DNA from: Candidatus Uhrbacteria bacterium CG10_big_fil_rev_8_21_14_0_10_50_16
Lineage (GTDB): Bacteria > Patescibacteriota > Patescibacteriia > UBA9934 > UBA11717
Direction: 5' to 3'
NCBI GenBank assembly: GCA_002774875.1
Contig: PCYM01000006.1
Span: 91,095-137,834, forward strand
DNA: 46,740 bases
The notes beneath the pieces are model-generated. The model was given only the letters and a program-made list of their open reading frames with translations, searched no databases and was not told the DNA's origin. Positions 1 to 7,535 of this stretch are shown here, piece by piece (position 1 is the stretch's first letter; every line of letters begins with the position of its first letter). The position numbers and the translations under genes were made by a program.

Positions 1-126
1 AGCAGCCTTCTTCGCAGCAGGCTTTCGCTTAGGAGCAGCTTTCTTTACAACTTTCTTTGCAGCTGGTTTTCGCTTAGCGACCTTTCGCTTAGGAGCAGCT
101 TTCTTAACAGATTTTTTTACTGGCAT
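1..126 (-). CDS. Lys/Ala-rich histone H1-like basic protein; only the N-terminal 42 codons are in the window and the gene runs off the left edge
   Basis: Not in the ORF track because it is truncated. The reverse complement reads ATG (124-126) then MPVKKSVKKAAPKRKVAKRKPAAKKVVKKAAPKRKPAAKKAA. AGGAGG (rc of 135-140) lies 8 nt upstream. A 60-nt-period nucleotide repeat encodes the KKAAPKRK units. Confidence 0.5.
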   Translation of the reverse strand, partial: MPVKKSVKKAAPKRKVAKRKPAAKKVVKKAAPKRKPAAKKAA

Positions 127-226
127 GGTGTTCACCTCCTTTCATGTGTTGCACGATGTGCAAGCTCGCGTGTGCATCTTAACGATGATCGACTCGCGGT
201 GTTACGTGTTGCGTAACGACTCCTAC

Positions 227-232
227 ATTATA
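227..232 (-). promoter_or_regulatory. Candidate -10 box (TATAAT) for the Lys/Ala-rich protein gene
   Basis: The rc of attata is a perfect TATAAT about 100 nt upstream of the ATG at 126. A GTTACG/CGTAAC inverted repeat lies between them at about 201-218. Confidence 0.3.
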
Positions 233-352
233 GCGTGCACAGTAGGCAATACAACACGTTACGTCGCAAAGATGTGGATAACAACAAAACGATAATTTAT
301 TTTGCGCACGTTTATTTACGCTGAACGCTTGTTGCGAAGTCTGTTAAAGAAA

Positions 353-1690
353 TTATTCTTGAACAATGACAGGTGTTCCAACTTCGGCCCAGTTATAAAC
401 CCAGGCAACGCCGTCGTAAGGCGCGTTCACACAACCGTGCGACATAGGGTGCCCCCAGTTGTTGTGCCAGTATGCGTAGTGAATATAAAAGTGTCGCGAA
501 AACTCTAAATTAAATTCTACGTTCGGAAGATTATAGAGAAGGTTCCCCGCGCGATCAAATGATCGATAGTCGTGCCATCGCAATTTCCGCATCACAGCAA
601 ACTCACCGAGCGGAGTTTTAAATGGCCACTTTCCTGCAGAAATAAGGAATGAATTACGTAAAACGCCCTGTTCATAAGCATAAAGTCGCTGTTCACTTAT
701 ATCAACCATGATATGTTTGTCCAAACGTTCTGCGAGCACGGGAGATGTTGTAACTGAGAGAAGCGTGTCGGGACCTGTAGAGGCAATAAGAACGCGATCG
801 GTTAATTGTGCATTAAAGGCAAAATGATCAAATACAGGTTGACCGTCTGAGCGAATCATCCGCACATGGGGACCGCCGTGACCGTTAGGCGCAACACCGA
901 AGAGTTCGTCGCTTACCGGGAACAACGTAACGCCGTAGGGATAGTTTGCGTAGAGACGAATTGGTTCACTGAGCGCAACACTGTTGTCTTGATCGAACGT
1001 GGCAATGCGAGCCTCGGGTACTCCATACCCATAACGTGCAATCACGAGTTCGTCGCGGCCGTCGGAAGTTTGATCGATGCGTGTAACAGACATACCGGAT
1101 CGATCAGACGCATCGAAGGCAAAAAAATCTGTGACAAGTGTTCCTTTATGTGTGAACAAACGAATGTGCGGGCCGCCTGTTAATCCCGCAGCCGTCACAA
1201 TTTCTCGTGTCCCGTCACCGTCGATATCTGCCGTAGCGACGTTTACACCGCCTGTAAACAATTCATCGTAAGCAAAAAATTGATTTTGTAACTCACCGTA
1301 CCCACTAAAGACACGTACGTGTGGACCTGCTCCGATCATGGTTCCTGTAACAACCTCCGCGATACCGTCACCAGTGATATCACCCGCGGTTACTGTTACC
1401 CCGCTGGTCATCGTGTCCGCATAGGGAGCAAATGTACGGATCAGCGATCCGTCCAAACGTAAAATAGCCACGGTCGGCACCTGATTGCGTCCAGAAGAAA
1501 CAATGAGCTCATCAATTCCGTCACCCCCTAGATCTGCCCGTACTAGCATGCCAACTTCCTCAAACGGAATCTCGAGTGTTAGCGGAGACTGTACACCTTC
1601 TGCGATATTTGCAACCGAAAATGAATCTGCGAATGCAACGGAAGGGAAGAGAAAAAAGAGAAGGAAGGCGATTACAAGTGGAGTGCGCAT
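353..1690 (-). CDS. Secreted L,D-transpeptidase (YkuD domain) fused to FG-GAP/VCBS-like repeats
   Basis: 445-aa ORF with a signal-like N-terminus, MRTPLVIAFLLFFLFPSVAFA. It has repeated DxDGDGxxE-type motifs (DLGGDGIDELIV, DITGDGIAEVV, DIDGDGTREIV, DQTSDGRDELV). The C-terminal YkuD catalytic motif is HPMSHGCVNA...GTPVIV. Confidence 0.85.
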   Translation of the reverse strand: MRTPLVIAFLLFFLFPSVAFADSFSVANIAEGVQSPLTLEIPFEEVGMLVRADLGGDGIDELIVSSGRNQVPTVAILRLDGSLIRTFAPYADTMTSGVTVTAGDITGDGIAEVVTGTMIGAGPHVRVFSGYGELQNQFFAYDELFTGGVNVATADIDGDGTREIVTAAGLTGGPHIRLFTHKGTLVTDFFAFDASDRSGMSVTRIDQTSDGRDELVIARYGYGVPEARIATFDQDNSVALSEPIRLYANYPYGVTLFPVSDELFGVAPNGHGGPHVRMIRSDGQPVFDHFAFNAQLTDRVLIASTGPDTLLSVTTSPVLAERLDKHIMVDISEQRLYAYEQGVLRNSFLISAGKWPFKTPLGEFAVMRKLRWHDYRSFDRAGNLLYNLPNVEFNLEFSRHFYIHYAYWHNNWGHPMSHGCVNAPYDGVAWVYNWAEVGTPVIVQE

Positions 1691-2484
1691 AGATCTCGTG
1701 AGTCGTTTTGAAGGTTTTGAGTATCTTCCTTACGAAGACCATATTTACTAAATTGGGAGGCCTCTAGCTCGCAAAGTTGATTTGCTAGGACAATCCCATC
1801 TCGTGTAAGCTTGCTCACCACATGCATGGGAATGCGGGAGAACACGGTCAGTGGGTAGAGGTGTTTTTGTTCGATAAACTTTGCAAGACCATCATCAACC
1901 GGATAGTTCCACGCCATGACCTTCATGCCAACACATTCACTGTAAATACGTGCGGTTTCTGTCAGTTCTGTGTTGGTAAAGAGCGCGCCGACGACAGACG
2001 GGTCGCGTGCAGACAAATCGAGATGTCGGGCATGCACGTAGAGGGCGACTTTAATATCGACCCTCCCTCCGGCCGTGTTGCGATACTTAGCCTCGATTGC
2101 TCGTATCTCTCCTTCACGTTTGGCGTACACATCAATCTCATGTTGGACACATTTCCCTTGTACGAATTTGCCTGTCTCGGTTTGCCACCCGTAGGCGGAA
2201 AGGATACGGGCAATATACTGTTCAAATGGAAATCCGGATGGCCCCAGTTGAAACATTGCATGTTTGAGATTAAAACGTGCAGCGCCAACAGGGTCAATGG
2301 ATTCCAATAGATGCAAAACACGCGTGTGGATTTGCTGTGTGGAAGTTCCGGGACGCACCATACGTGGGATGGTCGTTAGAACTTCTTGTTTTGCCGCGGG
2401 GGAAACGAGCGCACGCGTAAGTGCCCGCTCGAGTTTCCGACGATCAAACGGCTGCATTGTTCCATCGGACTTTCGAATGTGCAT
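1672..2484 (-). CDS. ATP-cone domain protein fused to a PD-(D/E)xK (Mrr-like restriction endonuclease fold) domain
   Basis: 270-aa ORF. The N-terminus MHIRKSDGTMQPFDRRKLERAL is ATP-cone-like. The C-terminal half has HEIDVYAK...IRAIEAKY, a D...E-x-K nuclease-like motif. Confidence 0.7.
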   Translation of the reverse strand: MHIRKSDGTMQPFDRRKLERALTRALVSPAAKQEVLTTIPRMVRPGTSTQQIHTRVLHLLESIDPVGAARFNLKHAMFQLGPSGFPFEQYIARILSAYGWQTETGKFVQGKCVQHEIDVYAKREGEIRAIEAKYRNTAGGRVDIKVALYVHARHLDLSARDPSVVGALFTNTELTETARIYSECVGMKVMAWNYPVDDGLAKFIEQKHLYPLTVFSRIPMHVVSKLTRDGIVLANQLCELEASQFSKYGLRKEDTQNLQNDSRDLCALHL

Positions 2485-2492
2485 AGGCCCTC

Positions 2493-2501
2493 AGTATACC
2501 A
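2493..2501 (-). promoter_or_regulatory. Extended -10 promoter (TGGTATACT) 8 nt upstream of the ATG at 2484
   Basis: The rc of agtatacca is TGGTATACT. No Shine-Dalgarno site lies between it and the start codon. Confidence 0.5.
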
Positions 2502-2582
2502 AGCTCGTGAGATTACGTTGTGTACTTCTGTGCATACTTGACCATAAAAAGGCGCCATGTTATAGTCTTCTCGGTTTTACAT

Positions 2583-2659
2583 GGGCCTTTAGCTCAGCTG
2601 GCTAGAGCACCTGCTTTGCAAGCAGGGGGTCGAGGGTTCGAATCCCTCAAGGTCCACCA
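2583..2659 (+). tRNA. tRNA-Ala (anticodon UGC)
   Basis: 77-nt cloverleaf. The acceptor stem pairs GGGCCUU with AAGGUCC and includes the G3:U70 alanine identity pair. The anticodon loop is CUUUGCAAG, the T-arm is GAGGG-UUCGAAU-CCCUC, and the 3' CCA is encoded. Confidence 0.95.
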
Positions 2660-2664
2660 AGAAT

Positions 2665-2688
2665 CACTCACGTAAGTGAGTGTTTTTT
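2665..2688 (+). terminator. Intrinsic terminator of tRNA-Ala
   Basis: Stem CACTCAC/GTGAGTG with a GTAA loop, followed by T6. Confidence 0.8.
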
Positions 2689-2709
2689 GTTGGATTCGAA
2701 CCAGAGGGG

Positions 2710-2740
2710 GCCACGGGGGAACTGGGTGTTCCCCCGTGGC
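2710..2740. repeat. Perfect 13-bp inverted repeat (GCCACGGGGGAAC / GTTCCCCCGTGGC) with a 5-nt loop
   Basis: Read directly from the sequence. It sits between the tRNA-Ala terminator and the duplicated tRNA 3' end. Confidence 0.8.
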
Positions 2741-2784
2741 GGAAACATTAAAACCGCAGGGTTTTAAAGAGCTAAGCGACGTGA

Positions 2785-2837
2785 GATTCCCTCAAGGTCC
2801 GCCAAGAATCACTCACGTAAGTGCGTGTTTTTTGTTG
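2785..2837 (+). repeat. Direct repeat of the tRNA-Ala 3' end plus its terminator (copy of 2640-2692)
   Basis: A 53-nt alignment has 3 mismatches (for example TCCACCA vs TCCGCCA and GTGAGTG vs GTGCGTG). The copy lacks the 5' half of the T-arm, so it is not a tRNA. Confidence 0.85.
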
Positions 2838-2925
2838 AGAAGAAGTGTTTATAAAATTGACGGTTATTGTCTAAGAGAAATGGGAGGACAGGATGTGATA
2901 AGATGGATTCAAGAACATTATTATT

Positions 2926-3375
2926 ATGAAAGCTAAAGATTTTTCTCTCGTCGATCAAAACGGTGTTGTTCGAACATTAAATGACTACAAAGGTCAGTAT
3001 GTTCTCTTGTATTTTTATCCGAAAGATATGACGCCTGGTTGTACCATCGAGGCCGTGTGTTTTAGGGATTCGCTTAACGATTTTAAAGCGGTGGGTATTC
3101 AAGTGCTTGGCGTGAGTGCAGATACGGTAGCGTCTCATAAAAAATTTGCGGACGCACATAAACTCAATTTCCCTCTTTTGTCCGATGTGGACCGAACGGT
3201 CATTCGATCGTATGGGGCAGAAGGGGAGAAGTCGATGTTTGGAAAGAAATACATGGGAATACTGCGAGATTCATTCCTCATTGATCCAAAAGGCGTGATT
3301 GCAAAGCATTACGAGAAGGTAAACCCGGCCAAACACGCGCAGGAGGTACTGGATGACATGCGTCAACAGAAATAA
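2926..3375 (+). CDS. bcp: Thiol peroxidase / peroxiredoxin, Bcp type
   Basis: 149-aa ORF with the peroxiredoxin active-site motif FYPKDMTPGCTIE and the overall AhpC/TSA layout. Confidence 0.9.
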   Translation: MKAKDFSLVDQNGVVRTLNDYKGQYVLLYFYPKDMTPGCTIEAVCFRDSLNDFKAVGIQVLGVSADTVASHKKFADAHKLNFPLLSDVDRTVIRSYGAEGEKSMFGKKYMGILRDSFLIDPKGVIAKHYEKVNPAKHAQEVLDDMRQQK

Positions 3376-3394
3376 CCATAAAGACAGAATCGAT

Positions 3395-4507
3395 ATGTCA
3401 GAACATTCGGGACGTCAGATTACAGAAGCAGAAATTGGTCATGGAATAGAGGCGATCAAGGATCAAGAATTGATTAGTCGCTACCAACCAACCTATTTGG
3501 GTATGGGTGGGGAACAAGTCGTTTTTGGTATTGAGGGGCATCCGAATTCGGTGATAAAAGTGCATAAACATACCTTCGGACAGGTATTGAACTACAATCG
3601 AACAGAAGGAATTTTAGATCATGTTTTATCACCGGAAGCACGCAGTTATCTCGAATTGCGACTCGCAAGGGATAGGGAATCACAATGGTTGCTCGCGAAG
3701 CATTTTTCTGAGCACACACTTCCTGAGCGTCAGTACGTTCAACAACTCCCCGTAACACGTCAATTGCAAACCGCGATACAGGATCGCTGGTCCACATTTG
3801 ATCCATTGCCGGACGGTGTACACCAGCTTTGGACAACGATCCGCGTGCAAAAACGTCTTCCTGTTGAAGCGACAAAGGAAGGAGGAGCGATATCTCTTGC
3901 AACGCCCTATCTGGAAGAGAGCATATTCGATGATGGACTAGAAGAGTACAGGGAAAATATTTCTATACTCTTGGACGGAGCTTCATTGGATGACACGGGA
4001 CTGTTGGATGAATGTCTCCCCCATACAATACTTGATGCTATGGATGGAGATCCTGCATTGCGAGACATATTGCGTGATTTTACTGAACGCGCAATTCAGT
4101 ACACAGAGGACAGTGGGGAATTGTTAGATATTGCGGGCGATTGGAACGTTGTCGTTTTTAAAAAAGAAAACGAGAAGGGCGAGATGGTTTGGGATTACTT
4201 GTTGCCGGATGTAAAATATCCAGCACGCGAATCGGTCTCACGCGGGAGAATGGGCATTGAGACGCTTTTAGATGGAGGTGCCTCGGATCCTGAGCAAGAA
4301 AACACCATACTCAACACTGTTGCCTATACGCGATTTGTAAATGCACTCGCGATAGCAACTGGCTCGGACCGTCGTCTTAAAATTGCTGATCGGCCTATCG
4401 CTCCAAAGAGCAATGAGTTGCTGCGTGTCCTAAAGCGGGAGCTTGCGCGTTGGCATGAACCTGTCGATTCCGGAGAAAAAGAGGCGACATCGGTGGATGC
4501 TTCGTAA
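3395..4507 (+). CDS. Acidic hypothetical protein, possibly with a protein-kinase-like fold
   Basis: The track ORF 3353-4507 was trimmed to the first ATG after the bcp stop (MSEHSG...). Weak kinase-like landmarks are GMGGEQVVFGI...SVIKVHK (Gly-loop plus Lys), LDIAGDWNVVVF (D..N) and LLPDVKY. Confidence 0.6.
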   Translation: MSEHSGRQITEAEIGHGIEAIKDQELISRYQPTYLGMGGEQVVFGIEGHPNSVIKVHKHTFGQVLNYNRTEGILDHVLSPEARSYLELRLARDRESQWLLAKHFSEHTLPERQYVQQLPVTRQLQTAIQDRWSTFDPLPDGVHQLWTTIRVQKRLPVEATKEGGAISLATPYLEESIFDDGLEEYRENISILLDGASLDDTGLLDECLPHTILDAMDGDPALRDILRDFTERAIQYTEDSGELLDIAGDWNVVVFKKENEKGEMVWDYLLPDVKYPARESVSRGRMGIETLLDGGASDPEQENTILNTVAYTRFVNALAIATGSDRRLKIADRPIAPKSNELLRVLKRELARWHEPVDSGEKEATSVDAS

Positions 4508-4540
4508 AAAATGATGGCTATTTATGGATTATGAGATGTT

Positions 4541-4570
4541 TCAAATATGCGACGATCGTCGTATATTTGA
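4541..4570. repeat. Palindromic element copy A (core CGACGATCGTCG at 4550-4561)
   Basis: TCAAATATG-CGACGATCGTCG-TATATTTGA is a 30-nt near-perfect palindrome in an intergenic region. Confidence 0.75.
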
Positions 4571-4647
4571 TACGTCTGAATTTGTTTCATCTTTCTGAAT
4601 TGACTGTATTAGCGGGGTGTTGGCGAATAATTTGCGATCTTAAATCA

Positions 4648-4680
4648 TTCAAAACACCGACGATCGTCGCTTGTTTGAAA
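4648..4680. repeat. Palindromic element copy B (core at 4658-4669)
   Basis: TTCAAAACAC-CGACGATCGTCG-CTTGTTTGAAA. The left arm is identical to copies C and D. Confidence 0.7.
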
Positions 4681-4752
4681 AACGATGAATTTGAGACAAG
4701 CGGAGGTATGGCAAATAGAATGATAGGTCAACGATGACTATGAACATAAACA

Positions 4753-4780
4753 AAATACCATCCGTTTGTGGATGGTATTT
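4753..4780. terminator. Bidirectional intrinsic terminator between convergent genes
   Basis: Stem AAATACCATCC/GGATGGTATTT with loop GTTTGT and A/T runs on both sides. Confidence 0.7.
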
Positions 4781-4834
4781 GTGCGAGGACCGCGAAACTC
4801 GATATTTCAAACCAGATTACTTGCGCTTTGGATA

Positions 4835-5530
4835 TTATTGGAGCTCTGTGGCGCAGGTGACGGACGCTTCTTCCTGTTTCGTGCGAATGGTGTCGGGGAG
4901 CGTGTGTTGTTCCCACTGCCCATAAGGATCTTCCAAATTCAGTTCTAAGAGTGGACTCACAGCTTCTCGCTCACCTTCTGGAGTCTGTATCTTTGTTCCA
5001 AGCGAGAGAAGCGGATCGTAGCAAGGGCCGGGTGAGTAACTAGATTGATTTCGTTGTACGATCAATGATCCGTTATGAAGACCAAGGACATGAAACGCAT
5101 AGACGTCTATTGGCGTTGTAATTGTTACCGTCTTCTTATATAAACGTTCCCATACGCGCGTTGCCGAATCGTATTGATAGATCCCGAGAAATAATTCTGT
5201 ATCGGAGACGCGTTCCGATGTCGCAAAATAGTACTGTGTAGGCTGGTCAGGATTCTGCACAATGCCGAACTCAATCTTTTCTTGTCCGTCGTCCTTTCCT
5301 TGTGATTCATTAATGGCTTTCTCAGCAAAAGCTGTTTGATCCCACTCCGATGGAGTGAGATATGTATATGTGGACACCTCACGCTTCTTTTCTAATACGT
5401 CTTCAATTGTTTGTACCGTAGGAAGTGTGGGCTCTTTTGGATGACGTAGAACGAGAACTAACGTCACGATGACGAGAAGAAGAACTGCGCTGATAATGAC
5501 CCAGGTTTTGTTTACAGATCTTTGTGCCAT
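4835..5530 (-). CDS. Membrane-anchored hypothetical protein
   Basis: 231-aa ORF with an N-terminal TM segment (TWVIISAVLLLVIVTLVLVL). Its start lies 1 nt from the upstream gene's stop. Confidence 0.6.
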   Translation of the reverse strand: MAQRSVNKTWVIISAVLLLVIVTLVLVLRHPKEPTLPTVQTIEDVLEKKREVSTYTYLTPSEWDQTAFAEKAINESQGKDDGQEKIEFGIVQNPDQPTQYYFATSERVSDTELFLGIYQYDSATRVWERLYKKTVTITTPIDVYAFHVLGLHNGSLIVQRNQSSYSPGPCYDPLLSLGTKIQTPEGEREAVSPLLELNLEDPYGQWEQHTLPDTIRTKQEEASVTCATELQ

Positions 5531-5531
5531 A

Positions 5532-6506
5532 TTAATCGATTTGGTTCGCGGGTTGTTTTCCGCTTAGAACGGCAATAATATTTTCTGCAGCACGCCTGGA
5601 CATAGCCTGACGTGTCGCAACTGTTGCACTGGCTGTATGAGGTGTCGTAATGACGTTTTTAAGTTTTTTTAGCGTTGGATGAATGCGTGGCTCAAACTCA
5701 TACACGTCGATCGCAGCACCTCCAATAGATTTTTGCTTAAGCGCCTGCACGAGTGCAGCTTCATCGATCACGGGGCCACGCGACGTATTAATAAGGAACG
5801 CCGTTTTCTTCATGAGGCCAAGCTCTTTTTTCCCAATGAGATGATGCGTCGATTCAAGGAGGGGAACATGCAGAGAGATAACATCGGCCGTATTGAGAAG
5901 TTGTGTGAGGCTTAGATACGTTGCTCCGTATTTCTTCTCTGCTTCTGTATTGTGTGCCACGTCGGCGTAGACGATTTTCATGTTAAACCCGTCGTGCATT
6001 CTGTGTGCTAGCTGCATACCAATGTTTCCCATACCTACAATTCCCAATGTTTTTCCAGAGATATCGGTTCCCAAGAGCAGCTGAGGCCCCCAGCCTTTAT
6101 ACAAACCTGCGCGTGCATAGTCGTCTGTTTCTACCACGCGGTGAGCGAGGGCAAACATAAGGGCAATCACATGCTCGGCGACGGATTCATTGATTTCTGG
6201 CCCAGGCGTATTGGTAATGATGACGTTATGCTTCTTTGCCGCTTCTAAATCTATGTTGTTAAAACCAACCGCGTAGTTTGCAACGACTTGTAGTTGATCT
6301 CCCGCTGCTTTAAAGACTGCTTCATCAATCTTATCCGTTAAAATCGACAAGACGGCATCGTAGCGTTTTGCTTTAAGGTGTTTGAGTAATTCCTTGCGAG
6401 GAATGGCTTGATCTTTTGAATAAACGTCTACCTCGTAGCGCTTCTTTTTAAGAAGTTTGAGACCTTCGTCTGGGATGGGCCGAGTAACAAAAATACGTTT
6501 TGGCAT
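5532..6506 (-). CDS. D-isomer-specific 2-hydroxyacid dehydrogenase (glyoxylate/hydroxypyruvate reductase type)
   Basis: 324-aa ORF with the NAD-binding motif GIVGMGNIGMQLA, the segment RGPVIDEAAL...AIDVYEFEP, and the catalytic His in TPHTASAT. Confidence 0.9.
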   Translation of the reverse strand: MPKRIFVTRPIPDEGLKLLKKKRYEVDVYSKDQAIPRKELLKHLKAKRYDAVLSILTDKIDEAVFKAAGDQLQVVANYAVGFNNIDLEAAKKHNVIITNTPGPEINESVAEHVIALMFALAHRVVETDDYARAGLYKGWGPQLLLGTDISGKTLGIVGMGNIGMQLAHRMHDGFNMKIVYADVAHNTEAEKKYGATYLSLTQLLNTADVISLHVPLLESTHHLIGKKELGLMKKTAFLINTSRGPVIDEAALVQALKQKSIGGAAIDVYEFEPRIHPTLKKLKNVITTPHTASATVATRQAMSRRAAENIIAVLSGKQPANQID

Positions 6507-6606
6507 AGGTGGCGGTCGAATCGGTCGAATCGTCTTTACTCGATCAATTCAGAAAAGAATAAGAAATAAAACAGCACACCCATTCTACCATGAGTGTGCT
6601 ATCTGT

Positions 6607-7482
6607 TTACTGAATAAAATCTGAGAGGCAGTATTCTGGTGTTTCTACGAGCGTACGGTTACCTTCTTCATTTTGTTGATAAATATTGACACGCATACAG
6701 TTATTTGATGTCCAGCGCATGGCGTAATTACCAATTCCTCCAAACTCATAGTACATATCTGCAAACGATCGGTCACGCCCAAGGGTTTTTACGTCCCATG
6801 TTGTTGCGGTGAGAAGATCGATAAACTGCAGATGCGGTTCTTCTGATTGATCGGCTGTGTCAAAGATCAATGCGCCGTAATGTTGGTCTGGTGCAAGTAA
6901 GATCGCAGACGCAGAAAAGGGGAGAAGTGATTGCACGGAAGATGCAATAAGCTCTGTTCCGTCCTCGGTATTGAATTCATAGAGCGTCCATCCTGGATTG
7001 TCACCTTCAACAATCCTGTTGAGGAAAATGCGTCCATCCCACTTTGTTCGCGGTTGAGCGACTATCTCAAAGTGGCTATTTCCCTTCGGGATCGTGAGAA
7101 TAACTGTGTCTTCTCCCGTGATTTGATCTACCTCATGAATGTCGGTAGACCCTGTGAACGGTTCATCTTGTTGCGTGTAATAGAAAGGGATTGGCCCAGG
7201 TCGATCCATTTCCTTTGCGAGTGAGGTCTGAAGATCGCTGTTTTGTTGCTGTAGCGTAAGCGTCGAGGTTTGTAACGCGGCATTTTGCTTTGCAAGCTTT
7301 GCTCCCGTGTCCCAGGATAGGTATGCCATGACGGCCGCACCGACCAACAAAAGGCTCGTGAGTGCAATGGCGATAATAAACCCTGTATGCTTGTGCATCG
7401 GTCCACGACCTGGCATGGGAGGAGTAATCACCTCTTTGGGTGGGGGAATCTGTGTCGTGGCGGTTTGCTGTACGTCTGGCAT
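6607..7482 (-). CDS. Membrane-anchored hypothetical protein with a coiled-coil-like stalk
   Basis: 291-aa ORF with one TM segment (FIIAIALTSLLLVGAAVMAYL), followed by LAKQNAALQTSTLTLQQQNSDLQTSL. Confidence 0.6.
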   Translation of the reverse strand: MPDVQQTATTQIPPPKEVITPPMPGRGPMHKHTGFIIAIALTSLLLVGAAVMAYLSWDTGAKLAKQNAALQTSTLTLQQQNSDLQTSLAKEMDRPGPIPFYYTQQDEPFTGSTDIHEVDQITGEDTVILTIPKGNSHFEIVAQPRTKWDGRIFLNRIVEGDNPGWTLYEFNTEDGTELIASSVQSLLPFSASAILLAPDQHYGALIFDTADQSEEPHLQFIDLLTATTWDVKTLGRDRSFADMYYEFGGIGNYAMRWTSNNCMRVNIYQQNEEGNRTLVETPEYCLSDFIQ

Positions 7483-7535
7483 AGGATCATGTTATTCCTG
7501 CTTAATTGTAGAGAAAGAAACGGTGAGCGAATCAT

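Noticed and set aside
2691-2790. Possible minus-strand tRNA, or tmRNA-like RNA on the plus strand, suggested by TGGATTCGAACCA (T-loop-like) and the tRNA-Ala-like 3' end at 2788-2806
   Set aside because: The putative T-stem has only 3 bp. The 'variable arm' would be a 13-bp perfect helix. No 7-nt anticodon loop can be drawn. At about 110 nt it is far too short for a tmRNA, and there is no resume-codon ORF. The duplicated 3' end also lacks the 5' half of the T-arm.
2676-2936. 86-aa ORF across the tRNA-duplication region, and the 68-aa ORF 4531-4737 across palindromic elements A and B
   Set aside because: Both run through repeats or hairpins, have no ribosome-binding site or promoter, and have implausible composition.
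6514-6531. Tandem 9-nt duplication GGTCGAATC x2 upstream of the dehydrogenase gene
   Set aside because: It has only two units, occurs nowhere else in the window, and has no associated structure. It is probably a trivial slippage duplication.
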